Origin: an uncultured Anaerolineales bacterium
GTDB lineage: Bacteria > Chloroflexota > Anaerolineae > Anaerolineales > UBA11858
Length of the DNA: 64,000 bases
Direction: 5' to 3'
Assembly: GCA_964458115.1 (NCBI GenBank)
Contig: CAYWIC010000003.1
Span: 1,255 to 65,254, forward strand
Position numbers and translations under genes: made by a program. The stretch's first letter is position 1. Each line of letters opens with the position of its first letter. Positions 7,328 through 15,042 of the stretch are shown here, in pieces. The notes under the pieces were generated by a model. The model searched no databases and was not told the DNA's origin. It saw only the letters and a list, made by a program, of their open reading frames with translations.

Positions 7328-8917
7328 TCAACGAATACTCAAAGTAAACATTCGATCCCCGAAACGAATTTCGTCGCCTACTTGCAAATATTGCGGCAAT
7401 TGGGGTTGGATCCGCTCTCCATTCACAAACGTACCGTTGGTGCTGCCCAAATCGACGATTTCAGGAGCCTCGGCCGTTTGGCGCAGTTCAGCGTGGTTGC
7501 GGGAAACCTTGTCGCTCTCCAGCCAGACCTGGCATTCGCGAGCGCGGCCCACTTTGGTTACACTGAAGTTCAATGGATAAACTTTGCCATCGGGTGAGAT
7601 TAACTGCAATCCAGTCTTGGAGACAGGATCATTTGATCGGTCAGAATCAACCTTAGGAGGTGGTTCGATAACTAGGCTGGCGCCGGGTTCCAGGGTTCCC
7701 ATGGAGCTACCATATGCCAGCCCAACCCCGCGCACTACGATCTCGTCGGGGTTATCTGCCAATACAACTTTACCCTCCCCAAAGCGTTGCCTTAGATGCC
7801 GCACGATACTGAACAATTGCACTCCACCCCCCACCAAAGCCACCTGACCGATATCTTGATCGGCCAGCCCGATAGCATCGATGGCCTTGACAATCATAGA
7901 CTGGAAGGCCTGATCTAAATGTCCGGCGATCCGATTGAATGCCTCTTGATCGAGCTTGACCAGGCGTCGAAAGACCTGGCCATCCCGTAGCACCAGGGTG
8001 ATCATACGTTGGGCGTTGATTTCACCCTCACCATCGCTACTGTGCAGCAACCGGCGACTAAGTGATTCCTTCAGCCGCTGGGCGTAGATGCGCATAGTCG
8101 CCATTGCAGAAGGATCATCAGCCAACGCAGATGCGGGCACATTGAGCTCATCGGCCAGGTGTTTGGCCATCTCGGCATCATAAAGACCGCCACCAAATGG
8201 CTCACCATAGCGTCCTAGGTAGAGCAGCTCGCCGGTTCGGGGATCAAGTTGACCGGCGACGATGTCGGTGGTGCTGCCGCCCACATCGACGATCAGCGTC
8301 ACGCCACCACGGCTGCTATTCAAGAGGCCCTGGCGCTTTAGGCTCAAAATGGCACCCTCGGGTTCAGGGACAAATGCAATTTGGGAGTGAACGTTTTCCG
8401 GAAAGCAGGTCAAGACCAGGGCTTTGAAATCTTCCAGGATCGCCCCTTTTTGATCATGATTCCAATGCACCGGGTAGGCAAAGGCAAAGCGAACACTTTC
8501 ATCGAAAGCGCTGGCCCGCCACTTTTCCGCCCGAATCTGCTCAACCACAACCTCGAGCAACATGCGAGTGAACTCCAAGGCCTGGGCATGGGTGTAGCGC
8601 TTCTGGTGCGGCAGCGGGTTGGCTTCTAAATGCGCGCCAATGCAGGGTTTGAAATATTCTCGCACGCGCTCGCGGGCATTCTCATCCTCCAGTTGACCCT
8701 GTGAGACCTCCCCAAAGCATTCAACAGCCGACCCTTCAGGCGTCAGGGTCAGAATTGCGGGTAATTTTCTCTCGGAGAAACTGGTCAATGGCGAGGGTTG
8801 AGGATCCCCCAAAATGTGGATCACATTGCCATCCAGGCGATATCCCACCCGGTACAATCGCCAGTTCGTCGCCCCGCAATCCAAGGCGAAGAGTGTCACT
8901 TGTTTGCCATTGGCCAT
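7328..8917 (-). CDS. Hsp70/actin-fold (ASKHA) ATPase fused to a C-terminal FHA domain (529 aa)
   Basis: Phosphate-1 FALDCGATNWR, phosphate-2 LIVDVGGSTTDIV and adenosine motif VALVGGGVQL are present. C-terminus VGRARECQVWLESDKVSRNHAEL...IVDLGSTNGTFVNGERI is an FHA signature (G-R...S-x-x-H...N-G). Confidence 0.85.
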   Translation of the reverse strand: MANGKQVTLFALDCGATNWRLYRVGYRLDGNVIHILGDPQPSPLTSFSERKLPAILTLTPEGSAVECFGEVSQGQLEDENARERVREYFKPCIGAHLEANPLPHQKRYTHAQALEFTRMLLEVVVEQIRAEKWRASAFDESVRFAFAYPVHWNHDQKGAILEDFKALVLTCFPENVHSQIAFVPEPEGAILSLKRQGLLNSSRGGVTLIVDVGGSTTDIVAGQLDPRTGELLYLGRYGEPFGGGLYDAEMAKHLADELNVPASALADDPSAMATMRIYAQRLKESLSRRLLHSSDGEGEINAQRMITLVLRDGQVFRRLVKLDQEAFNRIAGHLDQAFQSMIVKAIDAIGLADQDIGQVALVGGGVQLFSIVRHLRQRFGEGKVVLADNPDEIVVRGVGLAYGSSMGTLEPGASLVIEPPPKVDSDRSNDPVSKTGLQLISPDGKVYPLNFSVTKVGRARECQVWLESDKVSRNHAELRQTAEAPEIVDLGSTNGTFVNGERIQPQLPQYLQVGDEIRFGDRMFTLSIR

Positions 8918-8984
8918 GAAATCTCGCTTGTTGATACGTACGAATTTATTTCGTTAGTCCTCTGAATAAACAAACCAGAGTTTC

Positions 8985-9037
8985 CGCCGGAATATAAGGG
9001 GATGGTGGTTTCACCACCATCCCCTTATATTCCGGCG
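8985..9037. repeat. Perfect 25-bp-stem / 3-nt-loop hairpin in the divergent kinase / FHA-ATPase intergenic region
   Basis: CGCCGGAATATAAGGGGATGGTGGT-ttc-ACCACCATCCCCTTATATTCCGGCG, verified base by base. A related hairpin lies at 34296-34344. Confidence 0.85.
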
Positions 9038-9249
9038 AGAACCTCGCGCGCCTTTTTCAGCAGAACCGTTCGTGATGTATGAAACTAATCTTATTATACA
9101 CACAGATTCGTTCATAATTCTCAAAAATCCCAACAAAATACTTACAGAATTGGAATCGTACGGGGCATTCCCGAGTGAATTCTTGTATAATAATTACGGG
9201 AACGATCTAGCCATCGAACACAGACATCGTGACTGCGGGAGGCACGCAT

Positions 9250-11100
9250 ATGGCAAGTCTAACCGGGACAATGCTAGGGAAGTACCAAATCATCGAGCGC
9301 TTAGGTCGCGGGGGTATGGCAGAAGTCTACAAAGCCTATCATCCTCAACTCGAGCGCTACGCGGCAGTCAAAGTGCTGCATGGATTCCTAGCTGAGGGGC
9401 AAGATTTTCAAGCCCGCTTTCAACGCGAGGCCAAGGCCATCGCCGCGCTGCGGCATCCCAACATCGTGCAGATATACGACATCGATACGTACGATGAGAA
9501 CTATTTCATGGTGATGGAATTCATCGATGGCGGCACCCTCAAAGACCGCTTGCTCCAAGCCAGTGGGCCCTTGGCCATCCGCGAGATGGCGCATATTTTC
9601 CGGGAGATTGCCTCCGCCTTGGATTATGCCCATCGCCAGGGAGTGCTGCACCGCGATATCAAACCCGCCAACGTGCTCCTCGATCAATCTGGACGAGTTG
9701 TGCTGACCGATTTTGGCATCGCCCGCATCGTTAGCGAGACGCAGTTCACCGTCACGGGAACCCTGGTGGGCACCCCCGCCTATATGTCCCCAGAACAAGG
9801 CATGGGGCTGAACATCTCCACCCCCAGCGATATCTATTCTTTAGGCATCATCCTTTACGAAATGGTCACTGGCAAAGTTCCGTTCGATGCCGATACCCCC
9901 CTAGCTGTGATCCACAAGCATATCAACGAACCGCTGCCCTCACCGCGCACCATCCGGGATGACATCCCCCAGGTTTTAGAAACCGTCATCGTCAAAGCCC
10001 TGGCCAAGGAGCCGGGTGAACGCTTCCAGTCCGCGGCTGAACTGGTCCAAGCAGCCGAGGCCGCCTTTGCCGATTTCACCAAGGTGACCATGGCTGAAAC
10101 GCAAATCGAAACTCCAAAGTGGGATGCTCAACCCGACCCCGAAGTTGCTCCTGAACCCGAGCAAACCATTGCCTCCAGGTCAACTATCGCCATGGAACCT
10201 GAGGAAAGCTCGCCACCAACCCTCACATCGAAACCTACAGTCGCTATGCACCAGGAGGATGACATCGCCGAGAAAGCCACTGTGGCCATGGAGCCTGAGC
10301 CAGAACCTACACCTCAACCCCCAGCAGTGGCGCCCATCTCGAAACCCGAGCCGGTGGCAGTACCAAAGCCGACAGTGGCAAAACCAAAAGTCAAACCGCT
10401 GCCCATTATCCTCGGGATCGTCGCAGTAGCCGCCATCGCTGGGCTGCTGGTGTGGGGCATCCCTAAACTTCCCACAGGAGACGGTGGAGAGAGTGAGGCA
10501 CCCATTGCTGAGTGCGAGTCCATAGAGACTTGCCAGGCTTTGGCGGAAGAACGCTGGGGCATTGAGGATCTCGAGGGTGTTATCCATGCCTTAGAGACCG
10601 CCATTGGCTTCGTCCCAGAAGACCAGCATCCCCCTCACGCTCACCTTTGGTGCCAGAGGGGAGAAGCCTTGGCCGCACTAGACCGCATCGATGAAGCGAT
10701 AGGAAGCTTCGAAGAGTGCATGGGTTGGACTGAGGATAATCCCGAATTCGAAGATATTCGCGTTTTCGCGCAAACTCAACTTGAATCTTTGACGACTGGA
10801 GCAAGCGATTGCGGTGCCCCCGAAGAATGCCATGCCCAGGCAGAGGAACATATGAACAGCGGGAACTTCGAGGGTGCAATCACATCAATTGATACCGCCC
10901 TTAGCAATGTGCCAGAAAACGAACACCCCGCCTTCGCGCAATACTGGTGCTTGAAAGGTGAAGCCCATTTGGCCTTGGAACAATTCGAAATGGCCCTGTG
11001 GAGCTTCGAAGATTGCCTGACCTGGACAGAGGGGGATCCCGGTCTGGAGGAATTGCGCGTCTTAGCCCAAGAGCAGATCGATATGATCAATAACCGCTGA
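9250..11100 (+). CDS. Transmembrane Hanks-type Ser/Thr protein kinase with duplicated Cys-containing TPR-like ectodomain
   Basis: GRGGMAEVYKA...AVK, HRDIKPANVLL, DFGIAR and GTPAYMSPE motifs. Pro-rich linker, then TM PLPIILGIVAVAAIAGLLVWGI, then two ~95-aa repeats. Start moved from GTG 9229 to ATG 9250 (GGGAGGcacgcatATG). Confidence 0.9.
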   Translation: MASLTGTMLGKYQIIERLGRGGMAEVYKAYHPQLERYAAVKVLHGFLAEGQDFQARFQREAKAIAALRHPNIVQIYDIDTYDENYFMVMEFIDGGTLKDRLLQASGPLAIREMAHIFREIASALDYAHRQGVLHRDIKPANVLLDQSGRVVLTDFGIARIVSETQFTVTGTLVGTPAYMSPEQGMGLNISTPSDIYSLGIILYEMVTGKVPFDADTPLAVIHKHINEPLPSPRTIRDDIPQVLETVIVKALAKEPGERFQSAAELVQAAEAAFADFTKVTMAETQIETPKWDAQPDPEVAPEPEQTIASRSTIAMEPEESSPPTLTSKPTVAMHQEDDIAEKATVAMEPEPEPTPQPPAVAPISKPEPVAVPKPTVAKPKVKPLPIILGIVAVAAIAGLLVWGIPKLPTGDGGESEAPIAECESIETCQALAEERWGIEDLEGVIHALETAIGFVPEDQHPPHAHLWCQRGEALAALDRIDEAIGSFEECMGWTEDNPEFEDIRVFAQTQLESLTTGASDCGAPEECHAQAEEHMNSGNFEGAITSIDTALSNVPENEHPAFAQYWCLKGEAHLALEQFEMALWSFEDCLTWTEGDPGLEELRVLAQEQIDMINNR

Positions 11101-11191
11101 TCCGTTTGACGAAGATTCTATCTTGACTATGGCAACTTCGCGAGAACTTCCAAAAATAAGGGGGTACGGGCTTCTCGTCTGAAAGTTAGCA

Positions 11192-11794
11192 TTGTCAAAC
11201 GATAAGTATTACACAAACCGAGATAAGGCCATCATGCTCGATTTTGTCGTACCACTCTTCATGACGCTGATATTCGATGCCCTGGTGGTCTTTCTTTTTC
11301 GCTGGGGGATGTCAAAAGGCTTCCATCAAAAGCAAAATTCAGATACTCCTTTTTCCCAACAAATCGCCAGAGGATGGACGCGCGGTTGGATATTCGTCAT
11401 CCTGCTCATGATCCCATGGTTCATCATTCTGGCAATGGCATCTATGGCTTCAGATTACGTCGGAAAACCTGAAATTGCATCGATGATGTTCTTTGGTAGT
11501 ATCATCGTTGTTTTCTTTTTCCCTGGAGTTGATATCTACAAGAGAGTTCGTGCGGCTCACCCTTCACTAAAATGGAAAACAGCCACGAAGATCGCGCTCG
11601 AATGGACAGTGCCCTTTTCTATCTTTTGGAGCTTTGGATTATGGATCTTATATTCGAACAGTCACCATCTCGGTAGTGCGATCGGTATTGAATTCGGAGC
11701 GGGTGCTTTATTCATCATAATTAGCCTGGTCATCAGCAGGGCGTCAGGCATCAGGGGGATGTCCAATCAATTAAAAGGAGTGCGAATAACATGA
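11192..11794 (+). CDS. Polytopic membrane protein, paralogue of the N-terminal half of 13807-14970
   Basis: Alignable by eye with the other gene: LFDALVVFLFRWGMS / LFDTLVVVLFRSGMS, ARGWTRGW / AKGWVRGW, AAHPSLKWK / SAHPSLAWK, SRASGIRGMSNQL / SRAIGMRVMSRQL. The track start is TTG; ATG 11234 is an alternative. Confidence 0.7.
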   Translation: MSNDKYYTNRDKAIMLDFVVPLFMTLIFDALVVFLFRWGMSKGFHQKQNSDTPFSQQIARGWTRGWIFVILLMIPWFIILAMASMASDYVGKPEIASMMFFGSIIVVFFFPGVDIYKRVRAAHPSLKWKTATKIALEWTVPFSIFWSFGLWILYSNSHHLGSAIGIEFGAGALFIIISLVISRASGIRGMSNQLKGVRIT

Positions 11795-13272
11795 TGAAAA
11801 TTGATCAGCATTCGAAAATCTCTCTCGTGAGTATTTTACTCGCCCTCTTGCTCAGCTTTGTACCCACCACTACTGTCCTAGCGGATGTGGCTCCCCCTGA
11901 AATGCCGCCGGGGGCGAATCCACACCCGGGCACCGAGGTCACCCAGGTGCGCATGGTCGCTGAAACGGTGCTCATCGAGGTCTTGGATACAGCGCCAGAA
12001 GTAGGTCTTGGTCAAGCGCGCGTGTCCGCAGAATTCCTCATGCAAAACCTGGGCAGCCAAACAGAAACGCTACGGGTCCGCTTCCCTATCAGCTCGAACG
12101 ACGGCTTCTATAATTACCCTGAAATCAACGATTTTCGGGTGGAGGTCGACGGCTCTCAGGTATCGAGCAGCCCAGCGGAGTATGAGGGTGGAAACTTCGA
12201 TGATCTGGTGCAATGGGCAGAGTTCGACGTCAGCTTCCCCCCAGGGGAGGATGTGATCATTGAGGTTTCCTACACCCTGGAGGGGACCGGTGAGTACCCA
12301 TTCATCGCATTCAAATACCTGTTGGAGACTGGTGCAGGCTGGAAAGATACTATCGGCAGCGCGGACCTGATCGTGCGGCTGCCGTACGAAGCCAACCCGC
12401 ACAATGTCTTCATCGATTCGTCGCCGGGGTGGGGGCATACTTCCCCAGGTGCAACACTGGAAGGGAGCGAAATCCGCTGGCATTACGACGATTTGGAACC
12501 TGAGTACCAGCACAACCTATCGATTGCTATGGTGATGCCCAGCGCCTGGGCTAAAGTGCTCACAGAACGAAAAAATGTAGCCAACAAACCTGACGATGGA
12601 GAAGCCTGGGGACGACTAGGGAAAACCTACAAGGAAACCGCTCTGCTCCGCCGGGGGATACGACGAGACGCAGGCGGTCAAGAACTGTACGAGCTCAGCA
12701 GGCAAGCTTATGAGCGCTGCCTGGAATTGCTTCCCGATGACGCCCTGTGGCACTTGGGGTATGCCAACCTGCTCTTTGCGCGTTACTACTGGGAGGAGTA
12801 CGCCATCGGCGGCACCCAGCGGGCGAACTTGCTCAAGGCCATCGAAGAGTACAGCATTGCTTACAACCTCGACCCTGATAACGAGACGATCATCTATTGG
12901 ATCGACGAAGCCTATTATGCTACGGATGCTATCGAGAGACTGGAAGATGGCAACGGATATACTTTTCACTGGCTGACTTCGACGCCCACCATCGTGCCGA
13001 CTCGAACCCTAACGGCAAGTGACACGCCTACACCAGCCCCAACAGCCACGGCTACTCCACTACCGCCGACCGTAACTCAGGGACCAACCAACAGCCCGCA
13101 GCTAACAACGACCCCCAAGGGCTTTGAGGCGCAACCCTCTGCTGAAACCACCCCCTCTCTTCCGATATGTGGTTCTCTGTTGATCATTCCGCTAGGTTTA
13201 GCACTGATTTTTGTGATGGGGGTCAATGGCCCGAAAACAAAAGCTAGTAAGTTTTCATCACGGAGACGATGA
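11791..13272 (+). CDS. Secreted/anchored protein: signal peptide, beta-rich domain, TPR-like helical region, Thr/Pro linker, C-terminal hydrophobic anchor with RRR tail
   Basis: N-terminus MMKIDQHSKISLVSILLALLLSFVPTTTVLA. C-terminus ...TPSLPICGSLLIIPLGLALIFVMGVNGPKTKASKFSSRRR. ATGA overlap with the upstream gene. Confidence 0.8.
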   Translation: MMKIDQHSKISLVSILLALLLSFVPTTTVLADVAPPEMPPGANPHPGTEVTQVRMVAETVLIEVLDTAPEVGLGQARVSAEFLMQNLGSQTETLRVRFPISSNDGFYNYPEINDFRVEVDGSQVSSSPAEYEGGNFDDLVQWAEFDVSFPPGEDVIIEVSYTLEGTGEYPFIAFKYLLETGAGWKDTIGSADLIVRLPYEANPHNVFIDSSPGWGHTSPGATLEGSEIRWHYDDLEPEYQHNLSIAMVMPSAWAKVLTERKNVANKPDDGEAWGRLGKTYKETALLRRGIRRDAGGQELYELSRQAYERCLELLPDDALWHLGYANLLFARYYWEEYAIGGTQRANLLKAIEEYSIAYNLDPDNETIIYWIDEAYYATDAIERLEDGNGYTFHWLTSTPTIVPTRTLTASDTPTPAPTATATPLPPTVTQGPTNSPQLTTTPKGFEAQPSAETTPSLPICGSLLIIPLGLALIFVMGVNGPKTKASKFSSRRR

Positions 13273-13797
13273 ATGCAAGTTCTTAGGATTCTCTTCGGTA
13301 TTTCTCTCTTAGCGTTTGGGCGCAAATTATATTGGCTCTTTGTGGGCGTGCTGGGGTTTGCTGCGGCATCATCCTTGGCAACACAATATCTCCATGGAAG
13401 GAACGAATGGCTGGTATTGGTCATTGCCCTTGGGATAGGGGTCCTTGGCGCGCTGCTGGCCTTGTGGGCACAGAATTTGGCCATCGGTCTGGCTGGTTTC
13501 TTCGGTGGCGGGCAAATCGCCATCAGCCTGCTGACATTCCTGGGGGTGGGTCTGCGAGGCTGGGCCTGGCTGCCGTTTATGATTGGGGGCGTGATCGGCA
13601 TGGTCCTGGTGCTGCTAATCTTCGACTGGGCCTTGATCATCCTCTCCTCGCTGGGTGGAGCATCCCTGCTGACACAGGCGTTCTCTCCCCCCAGGCCAAC
13701 GATGCTGCTTGTTTATTTCATTCTCGCGGTTCTGGGGATCATCATCCAATCTCGCATGATGAGTGCTGAGGAAAATATTAATTCAGATAGTATATAG
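13273..13797 (+). CDS. Gly/Leu-rich polytopic membrane protein (174 aa)
   Basis: Its ATG immediately follows the upstream TGA (cgaTGAATGcaa). 5-6 hydrophobic helices. Faint resemblance to DUF4203/TMEM198-type proteins, from memory only. Confidence 0.7.
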   Translation: MQVLRILFGISLLAFGRKLYWLFVGVLGFAAASSLATQYLHGRNEWLVLVIALGIGVLGALLALWAQNLAIGLAGFFGGGQIAISLLTFLGVGLRGWAWLPFMIGGVIGMVLVLLIFDWALIILSSLGGASLLTQAFSPPRPTMLLVYFILAVLGIIIQSRMMSAEENINSDSI

Positions 13798-13806
13798 GGA
13801 AACCAT

Positions 13807-14970
13807 TTGCTCTGGTATGTCATCATTCCCTTAGGTTTCACGCTCCTATTCGACACCCTGGTTGTCGTTCTATTCCGATCGGGTATGTCCTGGGGATTGC
13901 GAAGTCAAGATACTTCATTTATCAAACGAGTTGCTAAAGGCTGGGTGCGAGGTTGGCTCTTGGTGATCGCCCTCATGGTCCCCTGGCTGATGATCCTGAG
14001 AATTTTCCTGCTTGCGTTTGATTATGCGGGTTCCCCAGAATATGCCTATTACATGTTCTATGGCGGTATTATTGTCGTTCTACTCTACCCAGGTATAAAT
14101 ATCGCCCAATCGACGCGTTCGGCACATCCTTCCCTAGCCTGGAAACCGGCCATCGTATCAGCGTTGGGATGGACAGTCCCATTCGCCACCGTTTGGAGTT
14201 TGGGTTTTTGGGCCTGGATTTGGCGAGGATATCGCATCAATCGTTGGATTAGGTCCCTGGGGGTCGACACATCTACCAATTTTTACCTCTTTCTGGCAGC
14301 GCTAGTTGTCATCGCATCGATGTTCCTGAGCAGAGCGATCGGTATGAGAGTAATGTCTAGGCAATTGGATGACTTACCTGAACCCCCAGCACCTCCCCCA
14401 ATTCAATTTTTTCGCAAATTCCTTGACGCTCTCGCATCCTATCTAAGCAAGGTAATTACTGCTTTAATTCAAATTGTACGACCGCTTATTTCCGTTGGGT
14501 CTTTATCGCGTGCCAGGATCGGCTGGGGAGTCGCCTGGGTGTTCTTTACTTGGCTGGCAGCCCAACGTTTCGGAGCGTATGGGTTATCACGCGCTGACTT
14601 TTGGCTGTACACGTTGCGCTTCGCTTTAATCATTGCGCTGCTGGTTTCTGTAAGCGCAGGGTTTATTGCCGCTCTGCTCATGCGATCCCGGCAATCGGAA
14701 TGGAAACATACCTTCGTTACAGCGAAAACCTGGGCCTTTTACGGCTTATTGAGCTGGGCTATGGGGATGCCGCTTGGGTGGGGAGCAAATTTTCTATATC
14801 AACAGTTACTTATCTCGCTGGTCAAAAAAAGCCTAATAACCCATGCCACACTTAACAAAATGTTCCCCTCCCCCCAAACGAATATTCTGATAACTGGATT
14901 AATTGCCTTGCTCATTGGATATCTCATAACGCGCAGGAAGAGTGATCAATCAGAACTGAATTACTCCTAG
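13807..14970 (+). CDS. Polytopic membrane protein (387 aa); N-terminal half paralogous to 11192-11794
   Basis: TTG start 7 nt after AGGGA. About 10 hydrophobic segments. A terminator lies downstream. Confidence 0.7.
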   Translation: MLWYVIIPLGFTLLFDTLVVVLFRSGMSWGLRSQDTSFIKRVAKGWVRGWLLVIALMVPWLMILRIFLLAFDYAGSPEYAYYMFYGGIIVVLLYPGINIAQSTRSAHPSLAWKPAIVSALGWTVPFATVWSLGFWAWIWRGYRINRWIRSLGVDTSTNFYLFLAALVVIASMFLSRAIGMRVMSRQLDDLPEPPAPPPIQFFRKFLDALASYLSKVITALIQIVRPLISVGSLSRARIGWGVAWVFFTWLAAQRFGAYGLSRADFWLYTLRFALIIALLVSVSAGFIAALLMRSRQSEWKHTFVTAKTWAFYGLLSWAMGMPLGWGANFLYQQLLISLVKKSLITHATLNKMFPSPQTNILITGLIALLIGYLITRRKSDQSELNYS

Positions 14971-14994
14971 AAGTTCAACTTCTCTGATTTTAAT

Positions 14995-15024
14995 AAAAAC
15001 GCTCGATTTCAGCGAGCGTTTTTG
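14995..15024 (+). terminator. Intrinsic terminator after the membrane-protein operon
   Basis: AAAAACGCTCG-atttcag-CGAGCGTTTTTG. Confidence 0.75.
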
Positions 15025-15042
15025 CCCTAAGGAATACAATTA

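Noticed and set aside
9186-9191. TATAAT hexamer 59 nt upstream of the kinase start as its promoter
   Set aside because: There is no acceptable -35 at 16-19 nt spacing (gggcat/ggggca), and AT-rich intergenic DNA produces such hexamers by chance.
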